From the IMG/VR virus record IMGVR_UViG_3300046323_000234: a stretch of DNA of 64,000 nt; one strand, 5' to 3'. The stretch's first letter is position 1. Each line of letters opens with the position of its first letter. The translations under genes were made by a program, and so were the position numbers. This DNA is from a virus. The notes under the pieces were generated by a model that saw nothing but the letters and a program-made list of their open reading frames with translations, made no database searches and was not told the origin of the DNA. Below, one piece after another: positions 40,858-50,848 of the stretch.

Positions 40858-41778
40858 TTGAAAGAGAAAATAGTAGTAACAGGTGGTAGTGGTTTGATTG
40901 GTAAAGAATTACAAAAAATTGTAGGTAATAAAGATATTTTTTATTTTTTGTCTTCAAAGGATTATAATTTAACCAAAGAATTGGATGTTATTAAATTATA
41001 TTATGAATTAAAACCAACAAAGGTTATTCATTTGGCAGCCAGAGTTGGTGGTATATTGGATAATATGAATAATCAAACATTATATTTTAATGATAATATT
41101 TTGATGAATACATTGCTTGTTAAATATGCACATTTACATAATGTTAAATATTTCTTGGGCATAGCATCAACATGTGCATATCCAGATAAGGTAGAATCAT
41201 ATCCAATGGTTGAATCTGATTTCTTCAATGGAACACCAACCCAAACCAATTTCGCTTATGCATATGCTAAGAGATGTCAAGCTATTCAGATTGAAGCGTA
41301 TAGAGAGCAATTTGGTGTAAACTATGGATACATCATTCCAACAAATCTATATGGTATTGGTGATAAAAATGATGTAAATAAAAGTCATTTTGTAACAGCA
41401 TTAGTAAAGAAAATAATTGATGCCAAAAGAAATAATCAAGATGAAATAACATTGTTTGGTGATGGAACACCAATTAGACAATTTCTATTTGCTGAAGATT
41501 TGGCAAAAATTATATTGCATTATGTAAATAACGATATAACCGAAAGTGTAAATATTTGTAATGATGAAACATATACAATAGATCAAATAGCGAGAATAGC
41601 ATTGTTGGCAACTGATAGCTCCAACATAAAAATAAAATACGACAATACCAAACCAAACGGACAGTATAGAAAAGATGTAAGTAATCAAAAATTTAAAAAT
41701 CTATATCCAGATTTTAAATTTACATCACTATATGATGGTATTGAAAAAACATTTACTGAAGAATGCAAAAACCTATAA
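40858..41778 (+). CDS. GDP-L-fucose/colitose synthase (Fcl/ColC-like, copy 2), TTG start
   Basis: TGGSGLIG, HLAARVGGI, STCAYP, YAYAK, PTNLYG, SHFV, FGDGTPIRQF, KPNGQ. Confidence 0.9.
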   Translation: MKEKIVVTGGSGLIGKELQKIVGNKDIFYFLSSKDYNLTKELDVIKLYYELKPTKVIHLAARVGGILDNMNNQTLYFNDNILMNTLLVKYAHLHNVKYFLGIASTCAYPDKVESYPMVESDFFNGTPTQTNFAYAYAKRCQAIQIEAYREQFGVNYGYIIPTNLYGIGDKNDVNKSHFVTALVKKIIDAKRNNQDEITLFGDGTPIRQFLFAEDLAKIILHYVNNDITESVNICNDETYTIDQIARIALLATDSSNIKIKYDNTKPNGQYRKDVSNQKFKNLYPDFKFTSLYDGIEKTFTEECKNL

Positions 41779-42920
41779 AACTAGTATCCGATACAATTAA
41801 TAGAGATGATATAAACAAATTAATAGATTGGTTAAGTCAAGATCCTATACCAAAACTAAGTAAGGGTATTATAACAATTGAATTTGAAAAAAAGTTTTCA
41901 GATTATATTGGAACAAAATATTCTGTATTTGTAAATTCTGGTTCATCTGCTATATTAATGATGCTTTACGCATTATTAACAAAAAATAGACTAAAAAATA
42001 AAAAGGTAGTAGTTCCAAATATATCTTGGGTAACCGATGTAACTCATCCAATCCATATAGGATTAACACCACTATTATGTGATTGTAATTTAACTGATTT
42101 ATCTGTTGATTTAAATCACTTGGAAGAGTTATTTAAAACTGAACAACCATCAGCATTATTATTGGTATCAGTGTTGGGATTAACACCTGATATGGATAAA
42201 ATTGTTGAATTGTGTAATAAATATGGTGTTATATTATTGGAAGATTTTTGTGAAAGTTTAGGTAGTGAATACAACAATAAAAAAATAGGTACATTTGGAT
42301 TGATGTCTTGCACCTCTACATATTATGGTCATACAATGGCCACAATTGAGGGTGGAATAATATTTACAGATGATTATGAACTGTATAACCAACTTAAAAT
42401 GATTAGGTCACATGGTTGGGATAGAGACTTGGATAAACAAGCCCAAGATGATTTAAGATCGGAATGGAATGTTGATGATTTTAAATCATTATACACCTTC
42501 TATACCACTGGATTTAACCTTAGATCAACTGATTTACAAGCATTTATAGGTATATCACAACTGGATAAATTGGATTCTTTCATTAAAAAAAGAAACAAAA
42601 ACTTTCTATTGTATAATAATTTAATTAAAAATAATGAGATTAAAATTGACATCAGCCAATATATCTCTAATTTTGCATATCCAATAATCAATCCAAACAG
42701 AAAAGCAATTGTTAAAGATTTAATGGATAATAATATTGAAGTTAGGCCATTAATATCTGGCTCTATGGGCAAGCAACCTTTTTGGATTGAATTATATGGT
42801 GAAGAAAGATTTTTTAATTCAGATAAAGTGGATGAATTTGGTTTTTATGTACCAAATCATCAGGATTTAAATGAAGAAGACATTATTAGGATTTGTGAAA
42901 TAATTAATAAAAATATTTAA
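41763..42920 (+). CDS. ColD-like GDP-4-keto-6-deoxymannose 3-dehydratase (His-type PLP enzyme)
   Basis: VNSGSSA, LEDFCESLG, STYYGHTMATIEGG with His at the position of the aminotransferase Lys, RSHGW, GFNLR. Confidence 0.8.
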   Translation: MQKPIKLVSDTINRDDINKLIDWLSQDPIPKLSKGIITIEFEKKFSDYIGTKYSVFVNSGSSAILMMLYALLTKNRLKNKKVVVPNISWVTDVTHPIHIGLTPLLCDCNLTDLSVDLNHLEELFKTEQPSALLLVSVLGLTPDMDKIVELCNKYGVILLEDFCESLGSEYNNKKIGTFGLMSCTSTYYGHTMATIEGGIIFTDDYELYNQLKMIRSHGWDRDLDKQAQDDLRSEWNVDDFKSLYTFYTTGFNLRSTDLQAFIGISQLDKLDSFIKKRNKNFLLYNNLIKNNEIKIDISQYISNFAYPIINPNRKAIVKDLMDNNIEVRPLISGSMGKQPFWIELYGEERFFNSDKVDEFGFYVPNHQDLNEEDIIRICEIINKNI

Positions 42921-42982
42921 CATTTATTTTGTTTTTTTTTTTTGACTTTTCGATAATCTTTACATATTTATGTTAAAAGATT

Positions 42983-44083
42983 ATGAAATTTAACGGAGTA
43001 GTTAGGAGTGCTGTTCAGCAAAAAAGCAGCGAATTTATATGTGTTGGTGATTTCACCACATATAGTTCAGATGCATCTAGCGGTGAAACCAAAAATAGAA
43101 TTGTTAGATTATATAGTGGTGGCACTATTGATTCAACTTTTAAGACTGGCACTGGATTTAATGTCGCAGTACATACAGTATTGTTGCAACCAAATAATAA
43201 AATAATTGTTTCTGGTAATTTTACACAATATAGTGGACTTACCAAAAATAGAATTGTTAGATTGGAAGCAAATGGAACTGTTGATGAAACATTAAATATT
43301 GGTACTGGTTTTAATAATTTAGTTAATAGTACGGCATTACAATCTGATGGTAAATTAGTGTGTGGTGGTGCTTTCACAACATATGATGTTTTTTCTAGAA
43401 ATAGAATTATTAGATTATCATCTGGTGGTACTGTTGATAGTACATTCCAAATAGGGAGTGGATTTAATAGTACTGTACGAGGGATTACTATTCAAAAAAA
43501 TGGTAAAATACTTGTTGGTGGTGATTTTACATCATACAGTGGTGTAACTAGAAATAAGATGGTTAGATTAAATTCAGATGGTTCAATAGATGGAAATTTT
43601 CTAATGGGTACTGGAATATCTGGTGGATTAAATTATGTTTATAATTTCTATGAACAAACAGATGGAAAAATATTGGTTGCTGGTAGTTTTACATCATATA
43701 ATGGAGTTTCTAGAAATAAACTTGTTAGATTAACATCTGGTGGTACTGTTGATAATACATTCCAAATAGGAACTGGATTTAACACTGGTGCAACACATAT
43801 TAATTGTGTACAATCAAATGGAAAGATATTAATTGGTGGTAGCTTCACATCATACAGTGGCGTAACCAAAAATAGAATTGTTAGATTAGACTTTACTGGT
43901 GCAACTGATAATTCATTTGGCGTAACAAGTGGAACAACTGGATTTAACACTGGAGCACCATTTGCTGGATTAATAACGTTAAATAATAAAATTTTAATTG
44001 CTGGTAATTTTACAACATATAATGGTGTACCAGCAGGTGGTTTAATTATATTAAACGATGATGGTTCGATTTATTTAAGTTAA
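42983..44083 (+). CDS. Delta-60-type repeat beta-propeller protein, probably virion-associated
   Basis: About seven repeats of Q.DGKI..GG.FT.Y....NR.VRL...G..D..F..G.GFN; late-type motif ATATTTAT upstream and a terminator downstream. Confidence 0.85.
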   Translation: MKFNGVVRSAVQQKSSEFICVGDFTTYSSDASSGETKNRIVRLYSGGTIDSTFKTGTGFNVAVHTVLLQPNNKIIVSGNFTQYSGLTKNRIVRLEANGTVDETLNIGTGFNNLVNSTALQSDGKLVCGGAFTTYDVFSRNRIIRLSSGGTVDSTFQIGSGFNSTVRGITIQKNGKILVGGDFTSYSGVTRNKMVRLNSDGSIDGNFLMGTGISGGLNYVYNFYEQTDGKILVAGSFTSYNGVSRNKLVRLTSGGTVDNTFQIGTGFNTGATHINCVQSNGKILIGGSFTSYSGVTKNRIVRLDFTGATDNSFGVTSGTTGFNTGAPFAGLITLNNKILIAGNFTTYNGVPAGGLIILNDDGSIYLS

Positions 44084-44106
44084 ATATTTAATTATTTTAA
44101 TGAAAA

Positions 44107-44140
44107 GCCCCATATAAAATTTGTTATATGGGGTTTTTTA
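44107..44140 (+). terminator. Rho-independent terminator
   Basis: ccccatataa / ttatatgggg stem followed by T6. Confidence 0.8.
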
Positions 44141-44175
44141 TTTTAATTTGTATTTCTAATAATAGAACACATACA

Positions 44176-44376
44176 ATGAAAAACAATATAATAAATTTCT
44201 TTAAAAGAATTTGGAACTTCATATTAATAACAATTGATCCAGATGATGTAAAACCTAGATCAAAAAAGAGAATAAAATCCAATCCAAAAAAATCAACCAA
44301 TAAAGTTGTTAAATCTAAAAAGCCAAAGGTTAATTCAGCATCACAAAAATCTAAAAGAAAGAATCAAAACCTGTAA
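44176..44376 (+). CDS. Small Lys-rich protein with hydrophobic N-terminus
   Basis: The track start at 44128 lies inside the terminator; ATG 44176 is more plausible. Confidence 0.55.
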   Translation: MKNNIINFFKRIWNFILITIDPDDVKPRSKKRIKSNPKKSTNKVVKSKKPKVNSASQKSKRKNQNL

Positions 44377-44384
44377 TATTTTAA

Positions 44385-44711
44385 ATGATAAAACTAATTA
44401 CAAAAACGGATATTATAAAAAATGTTCCAGTAAAATATAGGAAAGCATATCCAACAAATTATGAATTTTTTGATGGTACATTCAGTGATGATGTTTATAA
44501 TCAATTAATTAATAATATGGTGTCAACAGAAGATGAAATTACTAAAATAATTGGTAATGATAGTTGGACAAGAAATGCTTGTGACGAATGCAATCAAGAT
44601 GTGTTTACAGCAATTCAATTAGGCGAAGAAACTGATTGGGAATCGAACACATTTAAGATTTGTCCAGATTGCTTAAATAAAACTAAAACGTTATTTGATA
44701 ATAATATATGA
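44385..44711 (+). CDS. Hypothetical protein with CxxC...CxxC zinc ribbon
   Basis: CDEC...CPDC. Confidence 0.65.
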   Translation: MIKLITKTDIIKNVPVKYRKAYPTNYEFFDGTFSDDVYNQLINNMVSTEDEITKIIGNDSWTRNACDECNQDVFTAIQLGEETDWESNTFKICPDCLNKTKTLFDNNI

Positions 44712-45367
44712 ATATAAACGAACAATTTAAAAACAAAATATGTATCAATCTTGATAGAAGATTGGATAGGTGGGAGACTGTACAAGCAGAATTTCAAAAA
44801 CATGATATACAAGATGTTGAACGTTTTTCAGCAACAGATGGATCATTATTAACTGATATTCAACAATTCGGGAAATCATATCAAGCTGAATTTGGTGGAA
44901 CATTAAGCCATTATAATGCAATTAAATATGCAAAACAAAATAAGTTTAAGAATATTGTTATATTTGAAGATGATGTTATTTTTATAGAAAATTTTAATAG
45001 TTTATTTGATTGGTTTATAGAAAACCCACCAGCAAAATGGGATGTTATATTTTTTGGTGGAAATCATACAGGTGGATTTACAAAATATAATGATTTCTAT
45101 AATAAGATATTTAGAACATATGCAATACATGCTTATATAGTCAATTCAACTGCATATGATAAAATACTTGCACATTTGGAAAAATCTATTGAACTTGTGA
45201 AGAATTCAACAGAAAAATTAATGCCATCTGTAGCTGCTGATTATTTTCTAGCACAAATCCAACCAGATATGAATTTTTATTCATTTAGCAAACACTTGGC
45301 TTGGCAATCTGAATCATTTTCAGATATCCAACAAACAGTTGTTAATTATGATTTTTTGAAGAATTAA
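44708..45367 (+). CDS. Glycosyltransferase family 25
   Basis: CINLDRRLDRW, RFSATDG, GGTLSHY, IFEDD, HAYIVN. Confidence 0.88.
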   Translation: MNINEQFKNKICINLDRRLDRWETVQAEFQKHDIQDVERFSATDGSLLTDIQQFGKSYQAEFGGTLSHYNAIKYAKQNKFKNIVIFEDDVIFIENFNSLFDWFIENPPAKWDVIFFGGNHTGGFTKYNDFYNKIFRTYAIHAYIVNSTAYDKILAHLEKSIELVKNSTEKLMPSVAADYFLAQIQPDMNFYSFSKHLAWQSESFSDIQQTVVNYDFLKN

Positions 45368-45378
45368 ATATTATAATC

Positions 45379-46668
45379 ATGGAAAAAGAAATAGTAAATG
45401 AAATTATTGATTTTTTAAATAATAGAAAAGGATTTGATGATTGGTGGGGTGATATTGATGATGATATTAAAAACGAAATTAAACAAGAATTAGAGAATAT
45501 TGTCAAATCTAAACAAATTAAGGTATTAAATAATTTAGATGATAAAATTAAATCATGGGATGATGGTGGTTGTTCAACAGGTTTAAATGAAGATTAATAT
45601 AATTATGGATAATAAACAAAAAGATAAAATATCTCTTGTTAGGGGAGAGTTGAAGTTAAAAGTATTATCAACAATTTTTACATTCGAATCTAAAGAAGTG
45701 TCTGAATATGGTAATATAACTGATGAGGATATTATAAATGTACTATCATCAATAATAGCTAAAAGAACTGAGAAATAATACTATGTTTAACATATTCAAA
45801 TCCAAAGAAGATAAATTAAAATTGAAAATAAAACAAGAAAATCTTGATTTATTGGATATTGACGAAGTAAATGATAAATATTATTTACAAAAATTATTGG
45901 ATTGGCAAGAAGAATATGATTATTTGGATTGGATAGAATTTAAAGATTATTGCAACAGTTATGATAATAATTTTTGTATTTGTTATGCTCGAAATTAAAA
46001 TATAATATATATGGACGATAGAGATTATGAAGCGATGAACAAAAGAGCCAATTTTGATTGGGATAAATTTGCCATTGCATTAAGAGATAAATTTGGTAAA
46101 TCTTTAATTAGTGAATCATTAATTAATGAAGATGGTGATGAAGATAACCCATATAATTGGTGGCTCGAAGATGTAAAAGTTTCCGATATTGTTGACTTTG
46201 TAATGAATCATCGACAAGATGGTAATTAATATGGAAGATAAAAACATAAAAATAAAATTAACAGAATATGGTCATCATTGTGGTGATGGCTGTTGTTACA
46301 ATTATGGAACTATTACATCTGTTAATGGTGTAGAATTACCCTCCCATAATCAAGATGCTGAAACAATAGTTAAACAAATATTGGAACATTTAGGTTATAG
46401 TGTTGAGATTGAATACGATGAAGATATTGATTAAATGAAAACAAAACTAGAAATATTTATTAATAGGTTAGAAAAAATCAATATTAGATTGGATTTGTTC
46501 TCAAACTATCCTTGGATTTATATTAATAAAATAAATGATAAGGTAGTAAAAGAAAAATATCAATCCGAACATGGATTTACAATAGCATATTATCCAATCC
46601 AAAAAGATCAAGAATTTAAGTTTACTGACTTAAAACAAATATTTGAATTAATAAAAAAATATAAATAA
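45379..46668 (+). CDS. Run of six small hypothetical ORFs (45379-45597, 45587-45778, 45783-45998, 46011-46229, 46219-46434, 46435-46668)
   Basis: Co-oriented, abutting 63-77 aa ORFs typical of phage accessory regions. Confidence 0.6.
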
Positions 46669-46671
46669 CAT

Positions 46672-47445
46672 ATGAAATTAGGTATATCCTACAATCTATT
46701 TGATTGTGAAGAATTATTAGAGCCATCGATATTGGCAATTAGAAATAATGTTGATTATATCTCTGTGGTATATCAAACAGTATCCAATTTTGGAAATCCA
46801 GCATCGGAAGATTTGGAAGAGATATTGGAATCATTAAAATATGATAAAATAATTGATGACTATATTAAATACACACCAAAGTCATATGGTGGACATTTTA
46901 ATGAATTAACAAAAAGAAATCTAGGTCTTGAATTATCCAAGAAGAAAAAATGTACACATCATTTATCATTAGATTCTGATGAATTTTATTTATCAGAGCA
47001 ATTTGATAATGCAAAGAAGTATATTGAGCAAAACAATATAGATACGTCATTCTTGCAGATGAGAACCTACTATAAAGACCAGATATATCAATTAGATCCA
47101 CCAGAAGATTATTATGTATCGTTTATACATAAATTAGAAAAAGATACACAATATGTATTTAATGGTCAATCACCAGTATTGGTAGATCCAACCAGAAGAC
47201 CAAGTGGTGTATTTAACTATAAAATATTTTCAAGAGAAGATATTGAAATGCACCATATGTCAGGCATAAGGGATGACTATAGAAAAAAATTGGAAAATTC
47301 ATCAGCAAATGTTAACTTTATGCAACATATAGATTCACTTGTTGAATATTATGAAAAATGGCAATATCCAAATGCAGCCTTATGGCCAGGATTGCCACCA
47401 AAACTGCAAAATATTATTAAAGTGGATAAATTATTTGATTTTTAA
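46672..47445 (+). CDS. Putative GT-A glycosyltransferase
   Basis: ELLEPSI..IR..VDYISVVYQ, KRNLGL, LSLDSDEFY (DxD), MHHMS. Confidence 0.7.
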   Translation: MKLGISYNLFDCEELLEPSILAIRNNVDYISVVYQTVSNFGNPASEDLEEILESLKYDKIIDDYIKYTPKSYGGHFNELTKRNLGLELSKKKKCTHHLSLDSDEFYLSEQFDNAKKYIEQNNIDTSFLQMRTYYKDQIYQLDPPEDYYVSFIHKLEKDTQYVFNGQSPVLVDPTRRPSGVFNYKIFSREDIEMHHMSGIRDDYRKKLENSSANVNFMQHIDSLVEYYEKWQYPNAALWPGLPPKLQNIIKVDKLFDF

Positions 47446-47448
47446 ATT

Positions 47449-47574
47449 ATGGAAAAATTTATAATACCTATTGGAATATTTATAATATTATTAACAAATC
47501 TAATAAGTTTATATCTATGTATTGGATTGACTATTGGTAGTTTAGGACAAAAATTGGATTGGTGGAATAAATAA
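47449..47574 (+). CDS. 41-aa membrane peptide
   Basis: Read by hand: MEKFIIPIGIFIILLTNLISLYLCIGLTIGSLGQKLDWWNK. Confidence 0.5.
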   Translation: MEKFIIPIGIFIILLTNLISLYLCIGLTIGSLGQKLDWWNK

Positions 47575-47612
47575 CAAAACATACATACTTCTTTATAAAC
47601 AGTTTATTTGAT

Positions 47613-48089
47613 ATGGAAATAAGAGAAATGATTAATAAGATGAAGAACTTTGGTACAACAAAAGTATACACATGTGTTGATGGTATTTACGATAAAAATA
47701 AAAAAACTTTTGATTATTTTGCTGTTAATTTAGAATATGCAAAACACTTTGGCGATAATTGTTATATGGTGACTTTAAATACATCAAAGTTTAAAGTATT
47801 AGAATTTGGGATGTGGAATATAATGTATACAGAAAAAACTGGTTTAAATGGTAATAAATATAATCGAAATCAAGGTATTTTTGTAGTTGGAGAACAAAAT
47901 TTATTAACCAATTATGAAGAGCCTGTCACTAGATTCAAAGAAGCGTTAGGTGATGAAATTACTAATAAGTTTTTAGATGAACTAAATAATTGTGACGCTG
48001 TTTATGGTGAAGATGCTGGATATGTTGATGAATTTGTTTTTGCAGTAAAAAATAAAGATATGGTGATTAAAATCGAAGCACTATCGTAG
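47613..48089 (+). CDS. Hypothetical protein
   Basis: 158-aa ORF. Confidence 0.6.
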   Translation: MEIREMINKMKNFGTTKVYTCVDGIYDKNKKTFDYFAVNLEYAKHFGDNCYMVTLNTSKFKVLEFGMWNIMYTEKTGLNGNKYNRNQGIFVVGEQNLLTNYEEPVTRFKEALGDEITNKFLDELNNCDAVYGEDAGYVDEFVFAVKNKDMVIKIEALS

Positions 48090-48153
48090 TATTGTACGAT
48101 GAACCAATCCAAAAGTTAGTAAAATTATAATTAAAAAAATTGAAATGTAGAAA

Positions 48154-48327
48154 ATGGAAATATATTTAGGTGAAAAAGTAAGACACAAAGAAATTTACAA
48201 TGGTAAAGAAATAGTTGAAGTTATTGGATTGAAAAGGGGTGAAGTGTTGCTTAAAGGTGATTTTTCTGGTGGAACTCACGCTGTTGAACAGGAAAGTTGG
48301 ATGCCGATTAAGGGATTAATTAGATAA
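48154..48327 (+). CDS. 57-aa hypothetical protein, SH3/KOW-like pattern
   Basis: Read by hand: MEIYLGEKVRHKEIYNGKEIVEVIGLKRGEVLLKGDFSGGTHAVEQESWMPIKGLIR. Confidence 0.55.
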   Translation: MEIYLGEKVRHKEIYNGKEIVEVIGLKRGEVLLKGDFSGGTHAVEQESWMPIKGLIR

Positions 48328-48430
48328 AATATGTGGGGAGCATGGATTGACCCTGATGATAATTTCTTTGAAAGGATTACTAAAAATGCTGGCCCACGTG
48401 ATTAAATAAATTATATAAAATTTATACAAT

Positions 48431-50121
48431 ATGGAGAAAACAACAAAAGATGAACTTATTAAAAAGTGGGAGGATAGTGGAATATTAGATGGACTTACTA
48501 AAATGGATGAAAATAGTAAAATTGTTAAATTATTTGAACCTAATTTAACACAAAAGATTTTTGAGAAAACAATACCCAATGATGATAAAAAAATCGAATT
48601 AACAACTGATGAGTTACTTAATTTACTAAAGGAGGCATATAGAAACGGCTATTCAACATATGAAATGGTGGATGCTGGATTAGAGCATTACGATGCTGAT
48701 GGTTATGCAAGGTGGGTGCTTTTTGGATTGAAACAGTAATTAAAATACAATGGCAGATCAGAAACTAATTGATAAATATCTTAAAGAATTTTATGAGGTA
48801 CAAAGATTGAAAGTACCAATAGAATTAAATAGTTATCTTCATAGAATGATAGATGAAGCTTTACATATACATGGTGTTAACATTTTGATTTGTGAAAAGT
48901 GTAATAAAAATGAACAATACGTAGAAGAAAATCCACTATGTTTAACATGTTTATTAGAAATTTATGATAAACAAAATAATAGTTAATAGATATATAAAAA
49001 TTAGTTTATACCTATGAAATACGAAGCACTTAGAAAAGAATATTATGCGGTTTATGAAAAAGAACCAGCACATCAAAACGAGAAAAATGGTGTGATATTA
49101 GCACCATATAATACAAAAGAAGAAGCTGAAAAAGCGAGAGTTAAATATGGATATGGTAATAATAACTATTATGTAGATAAACTCATAAATTAATTTTTAT
49201 TTAAAACGAAAATATTATGAATAACGAAAAAGTTGAAAATTTAGATATTAGCAGTAATAAATTACTTTTATCTGGCGTTAGTAGTACACTTACATTAAGT
49301 GGTGTGTTAAATATTAATGCAACTTCAAATGTAACAACTAAAATAAGTGGATGGTTTAGTGATAATTACAAGACTTATTATGTTGATGAAAGTGGTAAAA
49401 AGCATTACAATTAATGTTTACAAATATATAAAACTTAATTATTATGGATGAATTAAAATTTGACAAAGAAACAGCAGTAGCACTTTATCGTATATTCTGT
49501 GGATTAAGTACAAGTTGTTATCAAAATGCAGAAGTATATGATAAAGCAAAACCTAATATGAAAACTGCATACGATAAAGTGATTGAATGGGGTAGGAAAA
49601 ATTGTGATAATATTCATGGAAATTAAATTTATTGAAAGCCATAGCTTTGTGGGTGAATCTATGTATATGGTGGTAAACGAAAATTCACATAGTTTAGAAA
49701 TGGATAAAAACCAAACATATGCACAACATGCGATAAAGCTGCTAAAAGATATTTATAATATTGATAAGAAAATAGAAGATATTGAATTTGTGTGGGATGG
49801 TACTCTTTAATGGAGCAAACTTTAAATAAATACAAAATGAACTGGACAACAATTTTTAAAAGGGAAAAACCAACTGCGATAATGCCTGAACCAAAATTTG
49901 AAGATAATTGGAGGCAAGAACGTTATGAACAAAATGTAAAAGATGGTGTTTTATCTTTACAGAAAGGTAAAAGTATAAAAATAATGGATGATGGTAGAGG
50001 ATATGAATTAGCATTGGAAATAAAACACCGCTTTATGTTAGAATACCAAAAGCAATTGTCAGAAAAAATAAAAATTAATGGTAGAGATACAATTACAGTG
50101 TCGTTCCAAAATGGCATATAA
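48431..50121 (+). CDS. Run of small hypothetical ORFs (48431-48739, 48750-48986, 49014-49193, 49217-49414, 49444-49626, ~49616-49810, ~49810-50121)
   Basis: Co-oriented mini-ORFs; 49014-49193 read by hand. Several carry degenerate attC-like right arms. Confidence 0.6.
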
Positions 50122-50184
50122 CGGCTGCGTGTATGAAACGTAATGGATTATAACCACGAAACTTAATACGAAGTAGAAACGTAG
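50114..50184 (+). repeat. attC-like site, left arm only
   Basis: GCATATAAC overlaps the stop codon of the upstream ORF and is followed by a GC-richer arm with no matching right arm. Confidence 0.45.
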
Positions 50185-50189
50185 CATTT

Positions 50190-50279
50190 GATATAACGGT
50201 TGTGGATATGAGAAAAGAAAAAATACCAAATTCAAAAATAGAAAAAGATTTTTTACTTTCTTATATCCGTTGTTATCGG
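50190..50279 (+). repeat. attC-like site (complete imperfect palindrome)
   Basis: ATAAC-ggttgt-GGATATgAGAAA..AAAAAAT ... ATTTTTT..TTTCTtATATCC-gtt-GTTAT. Confidence 0.65.
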
Positions 50280-50353
50280 TCTGTAAAATTTCAATAATTA
50301 TTTTTTTTGAGGGGAGGAATTAATCAATTTAATGTTTTAATAAAAACAACAAA

Positions 50354-50443
50354 ATGGAAAATATATTTGTGAATTACGAAATAGCAAAACAACTAATGAA
50401 ATACGGATTTGCTGAAAAATGTGTGGCTTTGCACATACTTTAA
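50354..50443 (+). pseudogene. Probably truncated ORF fused into a partial attC-like site
   Basis: MENIFVNYEIAKQLMKYGFAEKCVALHIL stop; the last codons are part of the tgtggct/agccaca stem. Confidence 0.45.
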
Positions 50444-50494
50444 AATTATAGATAAATTTATTTAGCCACATTACTTATACACTTTGTTATAGGT
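50418..50494 (+). repeat. attC-like site lacking its outer left end
   Basis: tgtggct (50422) / agccaca (50464) stem, then ttacttatacacttt-GTTATAGG. Confidence 0.5.
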
Positions 50495-50516
50495 ATGTAA
50501 AATAAAACGGATTAAT

Positions 50517-50729
50517 ATGAACAATAAAATAAATAACAAAATGAATAAGGAAACAAGAAGTTTTATTTGGGGCTTAATTTTAGTCCTAATCTGTGGAAGC
50601 GGATTTGTTGTTCACATAATCGAAATTAAAATCGGGAAGCCAAGAGATTGGTATGATTGGACATTAATGGTATTAACTCTTTACGGATTAATCTCTGGTG
50701 GATGGCGTGTCTTTCGTGCTATCGATTAG
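50517..50729 (+). CDS. Two-TM membrane protein (cassette-like gene)
   Basis: Two hydrophobic helices; bounded by GTTATAGG upstream and CCGATAAC downstream. Confidence 0.7.
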   Translation: MNNKINNKMNKETRSFIWGLILVLICGSGFVVHIIEIKIGKPRDWYDWTLMVLTLYGLISGGWRVFRAID

Positions 50730-50733
50730 GGTT

Positions 50734-50832
50734 GCCGATAACGTTTTGCGTATATACGAGGTACGCCTTAACGAAATTTTACATTATAAACAAATGCTTG
50801 TAGGCGTATCTTGTATATACGCTGTTATAAGC
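50734..50832 (+). repeat. attC-like site (best copy)
   Basis: GCCGATAAC...GTTATAAGC ends; 21-bp inner stem gcgtatatacgaggtacgcct / aggcgtatcttgtatatacgc with 19/21 Watson-Crick pairs and 2 G-T pairs. Confidence 0.75.
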
Positions 50833-50848
50833 TGTAAAAATTACGATT

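Noticed and set aside
27428-42920. Bacterial O-antigen or capsule locus (host chromosome)
   Set aside because: No wzx, wzy, wzm/wzt or initiating transferase; the block is continuous with phage tail and replication genes in style and promoters.
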